Positions 23,795-36,234 of a DNA stretch of 64,000 nt are shown here, one piece after another. The DNA comes from Felis catus (lineage: Eukaryota). Position 1 is the first letter of the stretch, and the number at the start of each line of letters is the position of its first letter. The notes beneath the pieces were generated by a model. It was not told the origin of the DNA. It was given only the letters and a program-made list of their open reading frames with translations, and made no database searches. The translations under genes and the position numbers were made by a program. Location of the stretch: NCBI RefSeq assembly GCF_018350175.1, contig NC_058368.1, forward strand, positions 73,844,001 to 73,908,000, written 5' to 3'.

Positions 23795-24011
23795 TTTTTT
23801 AAAAAAATTTTTAACATTTATTTATTTTTGAGACAGAGAGAGAGCATGAACAGGGGAGGGTCAGAGAAAGAGGGAGACACAGAATCTGAAACAGGCTCCA
23901 GGCTCTGAGCTGCCAGCACAGAGCCCGACGCGGGGCTTGAACCCACGTACTGTGAGATCATGACCTGAGCCGAAGTCGGAAGCTTAACCGACTGAGCCAC
24001 CCAGGCGCCCC
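23795..24011 (-). mobile_element. Can-SINE (SINEC_Fc-like, little diverged)
   Basis: Perfect 14-bp TSD aagaacagtataaa (23781-23794, 24012-24025); intact GGGGCGCC head. Confidence 0.98.
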
Positions 24012-24167
24012 AAGAACAGTATAAAATAAATTGACAAGTCAATAATACAGGCCATAATTGCTCGAGGATTCTGGAGGAGGGAGATGTTTCCTTTTAGTAG
24101 CTGATTGGGAAAGGCTTTATGAAGGTAATAGAATTTTAAAACTCCCATCTTCAAATAAGTGCTCAGA

Positions 24168-24245
24168 TTCTTTCTTTCTTCCTTTCTCTCTCTCTCTCCT
24201 TTCCTTCCTTCCTTCCTTCCTTCCTTCCTTCCTTTCTTTCTTTCT

Positions 24246-24302
<57 letters not shown>

Positions 24303-24336
24303 TTTCCTTCTCTTTTTCTTTCCTTCTTTCTTTTTC
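24168..24336 (+). repeat. Compound (TTCC)n/(TTTC)n polypyrimidine microsatellite
   Basis: About 170 bp of pyrimidines only. Confidence 0.97.
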
Positions 24337-24461
24337 ATTTCTATAAGCTCAACATAAAACTCCATGATGGATCTCGGACCTGAGGAAATGGTGTTCAGGA
24401 TATTGGGCCATGCACTCCAATGACCTTCTAGATTTCCAATAAATGAAACTAGGATGCATTG

Positions 24462-24465
<4 letters not shown>

Positions 24466-24500
<35 letters not shown>

Positions 24501-24509
24501 GTGTGTGTG
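24466..24509 (+). repeat. (TG)n microsatellite
   Basis: About 22 units, one CG interruption. Confidence 0.97.
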
Positions 24510-25559
24510 CCTTGAAAATTGCAAGTAATTGTTTTGAGGTCGACAGACACACACTAGAGAAATCCATTATATTTAGCAGTTGGCAGACATGAACAACTCT
24601 AAAAGATACCCCTTGGGAGGGAGAGAAATCATATTTTCCTCAAGGAATAGCTAAGGAAATTGAAGCACAGAAACAACCATCAGTTGCTTGTGTATTCCTT
24701 TTAAGGCTGAAGAAATCAGTTGGAAAATTTAGTTCCCAATTGAATGTGAGAGAGATCGGACTGCTTGTTAGGCATGTTGCCTTTATAAAACCCATTTCAG
24801 CCATTATTTGGTTGTCTTTTGGTATGATGTATTTCATATTTCTGTTATAATGAGAGTAGTACGTTTTGATCCTTTTTTGCTTAATAAAATGAGCAGTTAT
24901 TTCATAGATTAATTCCCATGCTGTTAACACCCCATAAATTAACGTATATTTAGGATGAGATCATCTTGCATGATTAGCTCTCGCCTTTTTTCCAAACCAT
25001 GCTTGAACACCTTTATCAGACAGCAGTCTGAAAATTCACCTTTTTTCCATTTTTAAAGTTTCTGCTACTATAAGCTGGTAGCAGACTGAGGCCACCATGG
25101 ATTTTTAAAAACATGTTAATTAGACATTTAAATGGTTTCTCAGACATTTTCCTTTCAAGTGGAGCTCTATGTGAGTAGTTTGATTATACTTTCTCATTTT
25201 TTTTGAGAGAGTTCCAGAATAAAGTAATGGAAGTCAGAAAGCCATGAGCTGGCCAGATAAATTCTATGGGATCTGAGAGGATGCTCTGGTGGGAGAAAAT
25301 CATCAGGAATGGAAGATTCATCTTAAATAGAAGTCCGAGGAGCTTAGGTATTCCTTTTAATGTTCTCACAAGTATCAGGAATATCTAAAACTCAGGCAGC
25401 TAACAGAACTAAGTATAAATCCAAATTTGTTTCTTCCCCTTCAGGCTAGACAAATCTTATCTATCTTTCAAGATTGTGCAAAGGTGTCCTATGATGCCTT
25501 CTAATGACACTTCTTATGACACTTTCTAATATGATTCCAGACCACGTTTGCTTCAGACC

Positions 25560-26020
25560 AGCACCGTTGACTCTTGCTTCCCATATCTTGCTTACACATC
25601 TCTCTCTAACATCATTTCCACCTCTCTCTTTCACACTTCACTCGTGCCACACTGGCCTCCTCAAATCTGCTAACATCATTGCTACCCCGGGGCCTTTGCA
25701 CATTCTTTCCTCTTTGTTGGTGAGTTCTCTTTGACACATTTAGTGTTCTATTCAAATGTCAAAGCATCATAGAAGTATTTCCTGGTCATTCTATACAACT
25801 TGTAACCAATCCCCACTTCCAGCATTGTTTATGTCTCTTGCACTCACAGCATATGCTGATAAACTGAATATTTATTGATTTACTTTCTGTTTCCTCTCAG
25901 TAGAATGTTAGCTGCATAAAAGAATAGCCTTGGTATCTTTTATTGACCGTTGTATGCCCAGTGCTAACAATAGTTGCTAGGTACACAGTAGGTGTGCAAT
26001 AATATTTGTTGTGAACGCAC
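25560..26020 (+). mobile_element. L2a 3' portion
   Basis: 'gccacactggcctcct', 'gggcctttgcac', 'tagaatgttagctgcat', 'gtacacagtaggtgtgcaataatatttgttg'. Confidence 0.8.
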
Positions 26021-27395
26021 GATTGTTTATGGCCTGCCTTTTGAAATATTAGCGTTACTGTATCACACAATTTTACAATTGCTCTTAAGTAGACTTGGGA
26101 ATCCATGCAAGTTCTATTTAAACATATTTTCCTGCTTGCTTCCCTTCTGAAAGTCACTGAGCTGCTGTCTTATCTATCTCTGTGACCCAGGAGAGCTGCG
26201 GGGAATGCGTGCTATTTTGGGGCCCATAAAGCTCTCTTGATGTCTCTCTCAAGAAAATCAAGGATCTATACTGTAGTGAGGTGTCTGTTATCATTCTTGT
26301 TGTTTTAAGTTTTAAAACATAATTGAATTGTTAGTTCTGTGCGGACAGAGAACTTTTTGTGTGGGTGTGCTATATTGCCTTTAGCACGGATTGGCCCAAA
26401 ACGGATATTTAAAGAATTATGTATGGATATAGGCCATTAGAGTATGTGAATTATTTTAGAACAACAGTGTGTTTTGAATTCTGCCAAGTAAGTAAATATT
26501 TGAGGAATTGTGAATGCCTGCAGTTTATACAACTTTGATTTGAATTTTTCAGTGTCACATTTTAGCACAGTATTTCACACAGAGTAATGCAGAGAAAACA
26601 CTCTACAATTTAAGGAATCTGTGAAAATATTAGGATTGAAATTCTGTAATACGCACTTGTTCTGCTGAACTTGTTGTGAAAACACAATAACAGGAAAACA
26701 AGAAAAAGGCGATTATCTTAATTTAAACCGTCTTTGGCTTCCTGACGTTCCCTCTGGCAAACCAAAGTTATGCACTTATTTCGTGTTTAAATGTGGAAAT
26801 TCTGGTAATAATACCAGGCTTTAGCGAATTCATAGTCAAAAGCATTTTGAGTTTCTTCCCGATTTGCCAAAAAAGTCATTTTCACATGGTGTGTTTGGGA
26901 TTTCCTAAGTTGTACCTGTCACCGTTCATGCTATTTTTCTCTCTTAATGGAAACGTATACTTCGCATGAAATCAATGACTTTACCAGATAGGGAGTGTTT
27001 TACATTTGTAGGCCTCCTCCTCTTCTGAACCTCTTATACGGGCATCTCAAATTGCATCACAAACTTTTACTCATTTGTTAAGTGTTTCTGTACATCTGTG
27101 GAAAGTGACATCTTGTTGCTCACGTTTTCTCGAGGCAAGGAAGCAGTTGGGTCAGGTGGGTGCCTGCGTCCCAAGAGCTGCCAAGCAGTTGGTGTTGAGT
27201 GTGCTATGAGATGCCCCAGTAAAGCTCAGCTACTCCAACGTAGCCCTAAATATTTGAGATCTTACCTTTGCGTTAAAGGAAAGAATTCTTACCATTACCG
27301 TCTGTTAATGTGCAGCTATTTCTGGGGACAGTAGCCAACGAAACCACAACAGTTTATTGTGAATTGTTTGGGGGCAAGTTGAGATTCTTAGAATA

Positions 27396-28078
27396 CAGGC
27401 ACACGTCGTTTTATTATTGTACTTTGCTTTATTGTGCTTCTGACAGTGCACTTAAAAGAATTTTTTTTAATGGTCATTTATTTTTGAGAGACAGACAGAC
27501 AGAGTGCAAGAAGGGGAGGGGCAGAGAGAGTGGGAGACACAGAATCCGAAGCAGGTTCCGGGCTCTAAGCCGTCAGCACAGAGCCTGATGCGGAGCTTGA
27601 ACCCATGAACTACGAGATCATGACCTGAGCGGAAGTTGGATGCTCAATCGCCTGAGCCACCCAGGTACCTCCTGACAGTGCATTTTTTTTTTTTTTTTTT
27701 TTTTTACAAATGGAAAGTCTGTGGCAACCTTCAAGCAAACCTATTGGCACCATTTTTCCAACAGCCTTTGCTCAATCCATGTCTCTGTGTCCCATTTTGG
27801 TAATTCTCACAATATTCCAAACTTTTTCATTATTATTATGTTTGCCATGGTGACCTGTGATCAGCGATCACAATGTATTGAAAGGTTAAGTATTTTTTTT
27901 AATTAAGGCATGTGCATTTTTTAGATATAATGCTGTTGCCCACTTCATAGACTATAGTGTAAACACAACTTTTATATGCAGTAGAAAACCAGAAAGTTCA
28001 TCTGACTCATTTTGTTGTGATGTTTGCTTTATTGCAGTGGTCTGAACCCAAACCTGCAATATCTTCGAGGTATGTCTG
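27396..28078 (+). mobile_element. Tigger1-derived non-autonomous DNA transposon (internal deletion), interrupted by a SINE
   Basis: TA + 'caggcacacgtcgttttatt' 5' end and 'aatatcttcgaggtatgtctg' 3' end match Tigger1 termini; ~450 bp without the SINE. Confidence 0.9.
27454..27671 (-). mobile_element. Can-SINE nested in Tigger1 derivative
   Basis: TSD ctgacagtgca (27440-27450, 27672-27682). Confidence 0.96.
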
Positions 28079-30620
28079 TCTTAAAGAGCCAAGGGGTGAA
28101 GTGTAGCATTGTACCTAGATCAATACTCCTTCATATGAACTTGGTTTGAGTGTCCTTGACAAGTTGTATAGTTTGCATTTTCCAGGAATATGTTCAGTTT
28201 AACCCACACTAAAAAGATGGGTATAATGCAATGTTCCCTCAACCGCCATTTGTAGGAAAATGAAAGTGTTCTGTGGTCAAAATAATCTGGTAAGTGATGA
28301 AGTAAATAAAATCAAATAGCGTGGTTTCCTATATGGAAAATTCTGGGATAGTCAAAAAGGTATGACACTGGGGAGAACCTAGTTGTATTTATTACAAATT
28401 TAGCCGTCAGAAATTGGGAATATTAAGGGAATGTGCTTAGATTGCTATGTGCAAGATACTATCCCATGTGGCTACTCGTGCAATGACATGAGGTCATTGA
28501 TACAAAGCACCAAGCAGAGAGTCTAAAACGTGGTGGGTGCTTCCAGAATATTGGTTTTCTCCCTCTTTTACTTTTTCTCTTTTTGATCCTCGGAAAAAAA
28601 ATCAAGAATTTAAGACCAGTACTAAATAGAAATTTATATTAATGAATACAATTAATATTTTGAAATTTTGACTTTTATCCATTGGCCTGCCTATCTTTCC
28701 AAAGACATTTTGTAGCATTACTTAAGTAGGAAATATTTGAATCCTTTCCTGTTACACACTTGATTAGTGTCGTGATTCTGTACAGTTTCTGTGAGGTATT
28801 TTTATATGAACTGATTTGTGTGAAGATTCATATTTAAGAGATATGGTAAACTTATCATATGGTAAAAGCATATGGTAGACTTGAAGTGTTTTGGGGATTA
28901 TTACTATTTGTCCCAATGTCAATTACTTGGGTATATGCAAATTTATAAATAGAATATTAAATGGGCAATACTCAAATTTATTTAACATAGGCTATCAGTT
29001 GTCCTGGGTTGGATATAAGCTTCCTCTGCTCTAAAAGCAAACTTTTGAAGATTGCAGCAAACTTTAAAGTTTTCTTAGGTCTTCTCTGGTCATCCGAAGT
29101 GAAAACTGGGTTCCCAAGGCATGCTTATGTGTGTTTCTCAGAACTCATTCTTAAAAGAAAATTGAGGTCAATGATTATAAGAAGTGGCATTCATGAACAT
29201 TTAATGAAAATGAAGGAATTCTCCAAAGTAAGCTGCAATTTTACAGTTATTGAAAAAGACTACCTGGAAAAAAGAATTGTAAATGAAAAAAATTTTGAAG
29301 CAGCAGTGTTTTCATTTTAGTGTAATTTTTTAGGGTATCTTTGGGTCGATATGGCATTTGCTGGTGGTTCAATCTAAATGAACACCCGGGCGAAGAGATT
29401 TGGAAAGATGATGGCAGTGTGCATGTGCCCTGGCCCTATGAAGTCCCTCCCCCCATTCATTTTTAATTCACTTATGGAGGTGTCATTTCCAATTGTATTT
29501 TTTAATCGTTCCAGCCATAGTAATGGAACAAAAAGTCTTTCAAATGCTCTTAAAGACAGCATTGCAAGAAAGATTGGCACAGATTCAGAATAGCTGGATG
29601 TGTATGTTCTTTTGATAAAGAAAGCAGCTTTCAGAAACATTTCTCAGCTCATTGTGCAAAATTGTTGACATTTTGCCATTGTAATCCTTTTAATGTTGTA
29701 GACCTTTGAAATTTGTGTAAAGGTTTTGCTTCACATCAAAGTAGATGAGAATATAAGGAGCAACCAAAAATAAAACCTCTGAAAGCGTGCCTGGTATTGT
29801 AGGGATTTATGATGGTATCACAACATCTATGGATCAGTGAACACCAATTTGTTAAAAAAAAAAAAAATCATAGTTACTCAGAGAGTTCCAGGGAGACTGC
29901 TTAAAGCATGATAAAAAACAAAATCCACTAGGGGAACACACTAGATTTGGACTAAGTACCACAATCTGTGGGATTTATTAAATTTGCTGTTGGCCTTGCC
30001 TCTATAAGGACATGTCAGCACAAGGCGGAATGAATCCCAGGCCCTGGGAGTTGCTTCGGTCTGATGCGGTCAGTTGTCCTGCTCATAATTGTTAGGGTTT
30101 GTTTGAATTTTTCCCATCCCAGGGTCTCAGAGCTCTGGGGGAGGCCCTAAAGTGCTGTACTTAAAGTCAGGGATCTTGGAAGAAGCTCTTGATAGGATAC
30201 TCATGGGCTACCGATGCTACTGCTTCTAGTTCTCTATTCTGTAGAACCAATATATTCAGGCTAAGTCCACTTTTTCAGAAACTATCTCCTTTTTGGTCTC
30301 CTTCTAAGGCAGAGGTTACTCCTCCAGCCATGTAAACAGGTTTATTTTGAGAACCTATAAACCCGCCATCTAAGGATCCCATACTTTGTCCCTCGCTGGG
30401 ACTGTGAGCTCTTCCCTCTCTTCACCAGGCATCGACTCAGGTGCTTCCATCCGACTAGCCTCTCTCTTCTCCCTGCAGCCCGTGTCACGTGATGTGTGGG
30501 GCTTAGGCCACCCCCCTCACTCTGCACTCTTTGCATTCCTTACTTCATAAGGAATCTCAAACATCCAGTGCAACCTTGTCCAACTTCTATGCATTGTGTG
30601 TAAAGGATCTAGTATGAATT

Positions 30621-30648
30621 CTTTTTTTTAAAATGTTGACTTATTTGT

Positions 30649-30684
<36 letters not shown>

Positions 30685-30828
30685 CATGAGTGGGAGAGGG
30701 GTAAAAAGAGAGTGGGAGAGAATTCCCAAGTATTCTCATGCGGGGCTATATCCCATGAACCGTGAAGTCAGGACCTGAGCTGAAACCAAGAGTTGGATGC
30801 TCAACTGACTGAGCCACCCAGGTGCCCC
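30621..30828 (-). mobile_element. Can-SINE with small internal deletion
   Basis: (GA)n, reverse head ending 'cacccaggtgcccc'; TSD aggatctagtatgaatt / aagatcttgtatgactt. Confidence 0.94.
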
Positions 30829-31044
30829 AAGATCTTGTATGACTTGTTGTTCATCCTGATCCAATGCCTTTGTCTCTTTTCTCTCAGAACACACCTGCCA
30901 CCCTAATATCCACATGCTATGATACTGATTTGGTTTGCCATTTCTCCATCACGCCCCCCAATTTAATAGTCATTCTTAATACTGAATTCTCTTCACTCTT
31001 CAACAGTTTTTTTTTTTTTTAATTACTTGGTGTGCACCATGGAT

Positions 31045-31223
31045 TCTGGATCTCAGCCTTAGGGCTGGATAAATCTTCCTAGTTGGGGAGGACTGTGTTA
31101 GCAGTGTTCCTGGCCTCTAGTTGCCAAATTTCAGTGGCAGCCTCCCCCAGTGTGATGAAACTATCTCCAGATATTGTCAAATTGTCCTTGGAAGATAAAA
31201 ATCATGACTGCTGAGAACTACTG
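31045..31223 (+). mobile_element. MER20-like hAT MITE
   Basis: 'gggctggataaatctt...tggcctcta...ctccagatattgtcaaattgtcc...tgagaactactg'. Confidence 0.75.
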
Positions 31224-32333
31224 GTCCACAAACACCCTCTAGAACTCTCAGGCATGTCTGTTTCCTGCTTCATGGAGCTGTTCCTTTGTCCTCCGTACCC
31301 CTCCTACTGGCCATATGGCTTTCTGGGAACATCCCTCACCTGAGTCAGGAAAATGTTCAAAGCACCTGCAGTGAGGTCACCTTTTGCCCCTACTAACCAT
31401 AGAACCCATGGGAAGTTTTCACTGCCTGGGGCCCACTGCCTTTAACTTGTAGCATCCTTGAGCCTTGTAGATGGTACGTTGAACAATTAGCATGCTTCAT
31501 GTCCTTACTTGTATGGGTTTCTCTGAGCACAGGAGTGATCAGATATAACATTGGACAGAACATGGGGGGAAGACCGGAGAGAGTCATGATTGAATTTAAT
31601 TCCTTGGGTAAAGAATGAATTTTATACATCTATTCATGTTACATCTTAAGCCTGCTGTTCTGCATGTGTAACTTTGATTCCAATTGGAACTTAATCGGAA
31701 CAATAGGATGAGGGTCAAAATCTATGACGTATTTTCTCCCTTTCCTTGTGCTTCCTTCAATATGTGCCCTTGACGCATGTTCACTCCGTACCTTCCCTGT
31801 TAGTTGGTAGTTCTTTCTGAGTGCCCTTCTAATTGCATTCTGAAGTCTTTTACAGTTTCTTATTTGTCTTGTTTCCTAGCCCGGTTACAGCTGAGAATAG
31901 ATTTTCCACCTGTATTTTACTGTGTTTGCTCTTGCCACTTAATAATATTTGTTGTACACGGATTATTTTTCAAGATCCCCCCCTCCCCCCCGCCGAGAGA
32001 CAGGCGTGCTATCGTCTGTTGCGTTCAGACAACCGTGCCTTTAACTCTTCTGCTGTCTCTTTTGTCTCTTTGACAAATCTAGAGCAGCAGTTTGGAATAT
32101 TTAGTGCTGTGTCTCTCTTTCTCAAGTTCAAAAGGAAATGTCTCTGTGAACCTCCCTTCTAAGGTTCACAGTGCATCAACGCTTCCTAAACAGCTTCTCT
32201 CCTGGGTAGAGGCAGTCGTGGGTGGAGCCCCACTTTCTCAGAGATAAAAATATCTTTGAAAGTCTTCTTAACTCTGTTCATTTTCCCCCGGATGCCATTT
32301 CTTCAGTGGACTGGAGAGATTTTAGCACCGTTC

Positions 32334-32336
<3 letters not shown>

Positions 32337-32364
<28 letters not shown>
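32337..32364 (+). repeat. (AC)n microsatellite
   Basis: About 14 units. Confidence 0.95.
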
Positions 32365-32368
32365 GATA

Positions 32369-32963
32369 TGACATCGGGATGGTATGCCCCCGAATGCACA
32401 AACAGGTGGCCTCATTTAACTGCTTGTCCCCAGCCAGCCCCTGAATACATGGCCCCTGGCTCCCCACCTCCATGGGAGGGTAGGAGTCTAACTTCTACAA
32501 GTGCCAGTTGGCAAATCCAGACAGTTTTATAGGGACCAACACCTCCCCCTGTGTTTTGTAATTGTTCACTTCTTGGCTCTTCTAGAACCCCTGCTGCTCC
32601 CCTCTACCTTCCTCCTGCCTTTAAAAACACTCACAAACTGAAGCTGAGCTCCCACTGGACTCTTTCCCCTATTTCAATAGCATTTTCAATGATTAAAATC
32701 TGTCCTTACCTGGCGTCGGGTGGCTTAGTTGTTTAAGTATCTGACTTCGGCCGAGGTCATGATCTCTTGGTTCATGAGTTCAAGTCCCGCATGGGGCTCT
32801 GCACAGGCAGCGCAGAGCCTGGTTGGGATCCTCTCTCTCTCCCTCTCTCTGCCCCTCCCCTGCTGGCTGTCTCTCTCTCAGAATAAATAAGTAAACATAA
32901 AAAAAATAAAATAAAATCTGTCCTTACCACTTCAACTAGTGCCTGGCTTTGCTACCTTTGACA
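32369..32963 (+). mobile_element. ERV1 solo LTR (MER31/MER67 group), interrupted by a SINE
   Basis: Shares 'gggagggtaggagtctaacttc' with the LTRs at 35.3 and 41 kb; ends 'tttgaca'. Left boundary uncertain. Confidence 0.7.
32711..32911 (+). mobile_element. Can-SINE nested in LTR
   Basis: Perfect 17-bp TSD taaaatctgtccttacc (32694-32710, 32912-32928). Confidence 0.97.
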
Positions 32964-32979
32964 ATGGTTATGTAGACCC

Positions 32980-33153
32980 CATTCTATTCTCTATTACTAG
33001 TTCAGCTTTTCTAAAAAAGATATATTCCACATATACGTGAGATCATGAAGTATTTATCTTTCTGCATCTGGCTTATTTCACTTAACTTAATGTCCTCCAG
33101 GTTTCATCCTTATGATCACAAATGGCAGGATTTCCTTTTTCTTTAAGGCCGAA
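32980..33153 (-). mobile_element. L1MA-like 3' fragment
   Basis: 'ttccacatatacgtgagatcatg...tggcttatttcacttaac...aatggcaggatttcctt'. Confidence 0.85.
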
Positions 33154-33318
33154 AGAGCTCCGTTGTCTTTCAAGTTTGAGTGTCTTAAGAGATCAAGAGC
33201 TATAATTCTGCAACACTCAGCTCCCCACATTTTTAGTCCATTGGTTAATTTAAAAAAATAACTGCTAATTGATTTGGCGATATCGTCAAAATTCACCATA
33301 CTCTCCACTTCTCTGTGC

Positions 33319-33506
33319 CATTGATTCTCAAAACCCGAGCATGCTTCAGAATCACCTCCGAAGGGTTGTTACAACACAGGCTGCTGGGACCCACCCTCAG
33401 AGCCCCTGATTCATAGGTCTGGGGTGAGGCCAGGATATGCATTTCTAGCAAGTTCCCAGGAGATCTAGATTTTGCTGGATCAGGGGCCACCCTTTGAGAA
33501 TCATTA
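33319..33506. mobile_element. MER5A hAT-Charlie MITE
   Basis: Termini cattgattctcaaa / tttgagaatcatta; internal 'gaatcacct', 'tgcatttctagcaagttcccagg'. Confidence 0.88.
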
Positions 33507-34047
33507 CTCTACAGGAATTCTTTACAGTAAGAAGGCACCTGTGATATGAACACGTGGAACAAGAGAGGTAGTTGGGAAAGCTGGATCTCAAGACAAGAAG
33601 CTGTAAGACTTGAGCCTGGTTACGTTGGGTCTGGAGATATGAAGGACCAGTCAGGACACTCTGGCCCCATGGAAGTCATGAATGGGGTGGGGGTGGGGGT
33701 GGGTCCTGGAGGCTCTTCCCCAAGCTGCTTTCAGCTGTGGACATAATTTGGGGGCCCCATGAGTTTCAGGCATCAAAGCTGGCTCCTTAGAAGGGCTAGG
33801 CCAGCGTTCACAATCCTGACTGAACTCCAGAATTACCTAGAGAAATTTCAAAGCTACCTGCACCCAGACCCACCCCAGAGCAACCAAATCACTTTTGGAG
33901 GCTGCAGTGTGGCCAGTGGGAGTTTTCAAAAGCAAATCACTCTGAGGATGACCGGACCCTCCATCCAAGATTCTGGTTTAATTGGTCTGGAAAATATACT
34001 GAAAAATATCCACCATCTGTGGTTTTTGAAAGTGATGTAGGTGTCTT

Positions 34048-34226
34048 AAAAAAATTTTTTTTAATGTTTATTTATCTTTGGGGGGGGGAGAGTACAAAGA
34101 GAGAGGGAGACACAGAATCTAAAGCAGGCTCTAAGTTCTGAGCTGTTAGCATAGAGACCGATGTGGGGCTCAAACTCACGAACAATGAGATCAGACACTT
34201 AACCGACTGAGCCACCCATTTGCCCC
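34048..34226 (-). mobile_element. Can-SINE with short deletions, beside MER5-like remnants
   Basis: 'aatgtttatttat...cacagaatctaaagcaggctc...aaccgactgagccaccc'; lacks 'tgacctgagccgaagtc'. Confidence 0.9.
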
Positions 34227-34567
34227 TAATGCTCACTTGGGTATAGGAGTGAACTCAGAGAGGCCAATGGGTTTTGTCTTTGCTGTCTATATTCTTAGTG
34301 TCTCACACTGTGCCTGGCTCAGAGCGATTCTTCAATAAACATGCATTGAATATGTTAATTAACGATTGTTTTGTGTCGCATTTGGCTCTTGTGAGGCTGG
34401 ATACTGACAAAACAGTGTAAGGCCCGACTGTCTTTCTCTTGTTGTCAATATGAGTGCTGGGATAGCCCCTCCTCCCCCCGCTACAACTGGCTCATATTTG
34501 GATGTGAGGCAAGAAAATGAGATGCACTGGGAATACATGGAAATTTGCAAATCCTTTTTTGTTTACC

Positions 34568-34885
34568 CAAGGGTGGGTAATCTATAACTTGCAGGCCAAA
34601 TCTGGCCCATTGCCTGTTTTTGTATACTTGTAAGCTAAGGACGGATATTACATATTTAAGTGATTGTCAAGACTCAAAAAAGGAAAAATAATGTTGCATA
34701 TGAAGGTCAAATTCCAGTGTCTGCAAATTTTTTATTGGGACACAGGCATCGCCATTCATTGTCACATTATCTCTGGCTACTTTTGTGTCACAACAGAGTT
34801 CAGTAGTGGTGACAGAGACCAGGTGGCCTGCAAAGCCAAAAATGTTTACTCTCTGTCCCTTTACAGTAAAATGTGCTAACCTTTC
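34568..34885. mobile_element. MER58B-like hAT MITE
   Basis: 'ggccaaatctggcccattgcctgtttttgta...gacagagacc...tggcctgcaaagccaaaaatgtttact...ccctttacag'. Confidence 0.85.
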
Positions 34886-35309
34886 ATTGAGAGCATGGCC
34901 TGTCCAGAAATACACTGGTTGTGATGTAACATTGCCCAGATTGGTATCTCTAGGTCTTCTAGATGCATCCTAGTAGAGTTCTTTCCAAGCAGAAAAGGAC
35001 AACATGATTGTTACATTCAATGAGATCCTGGTGGAACTCTTCGAAAGCCTTGTTTCATTACTTTAAAAAAAGTTGAGGGGCATTCAGATCTGTGGGCAAA
35101 AGACAACATGTGTTTCACAAACCCATGGTCCCTGAGGGGGCTTGAGTTTATCAAGAGCTGCTGAAGATGTCTTCGAGTGAGTTCTGCCTTTCAGTTTGGA
35201 AAAATAACTACTCCAATTGTCATTAAGCTACAGACCTCTATATTTCCTTTCTTTCTCCCACCCATTCTTCCTGTCTCTTGTTCTGTCCTGGGGAAAAGTG
35301 ATAATGGTT

Positions 35310-35807
35310 CACAAGCTATCAGTGGACATTCAGCCTCTCTGAACTTTAGACAGGTCTCTTCCTGACTACAAGATCCTGGCCTGCCTTTTCTTAGAGAGTT
35401 TACTTCAGAAATTTGAAACTGTAAATTCTTTTCCTGCTCTTTGAGAGGTAGATCTCCCACAGCCAGGGGATGTCTTTCTCAAGGACCTGGGAGCCATCCC
35501 TTTGAAATGTCCTCATCAAGAATGATGGTGCCCCATCTCCCAGTCTCTGTGGGAGGGTGGGAGCCTAACTTCCATAAGTTCCATCAGCAAACACAGGTGG
35601 CCTTATCACAGTGACCATCCTTACCTGATGTCTTACAGAACTTTTCCACCAGCTTACCCCAGCACTTAAAAGCCTCCCACGTTTTGTTTCAGAGGAGTCA
35701 AGTTCAATGTCTTTCTTCTATTATAATAGTCTTGCCTTCTATTGCAATAATCTCAAATAAAGTCTTCTTTACTTGTTTAACTTGTCTGGTACAATTTTTC
35801 TTTGACC
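35310..35807 (+). mobile_element. ERV1 solo LTR (MER31-like)
   Basis: 'aactttagacagg...tctttctcaaggacctgggagccatccctttgaaatgt...aataaagtctt...tttctttgac'. Confidence 0.85.
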
Positions 35808-35817
35808 CTGGTTACCG

Positions 35818-36234
35818 TGGTATGGTGAGTTGAATTGGCCCCAGAAATGTATGGCACCTATGAATGAGACTTATTTGGAAAGAAGGTCTTTGTAGATGTC
35901 GGTAAGACATAAATTAAGATGAGGTCACACCGTAAAGGGTGGACTCTTAATCTGAGTGGTGTCTTTGTAAGAAGAGGAGAAAACACACAGAGACAAACGG
36001 GAGGGGAGAAGGCCATGTGAAGACAAAGGCAGAGTGTAGCAATGATGACACACGCCAAGGAACACCAAGGATTGCCAGCAAACACCAGAAGGTGGGACAT
36101 GCCATGGAGCAGTTTTCACCTAGAACCTCCGTTGTGATTTCAGACTTCTAGTGTCCAGAACAGAGAGAGGACAAATGTCTGTTGTTTTGCCATCCAGTTT
36201 GGGATTGTCATGGCAGTCCCAGGAAACTTGTACA
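35818..36234 (+). mobile_element. MaLR LTR (MLT1B/C-like)
   Basis: 'ttatttggaaagaaggtctttgtagatgt', 'ggccatgtgaagac', 'gccaaggaacacc', 'cagacttctag', 'ggaaacttgtaca'. Confidence 0.88.

Noticed and set aside
24058..24567. ORFs rich in SFFL, ERKK and HT
   Set aside because: Microsatellite translations.
29009..29320. 103-aa ORF in the repeat-free block
   Set aside because: Non-ATG (TTG) start, no homology recognised; length within chance expectation.
29810..29870. ATGATG followed by an A14 tract, like a snoRNA retrocopy
   Set aside because: No D box, terminal stem or TSD.
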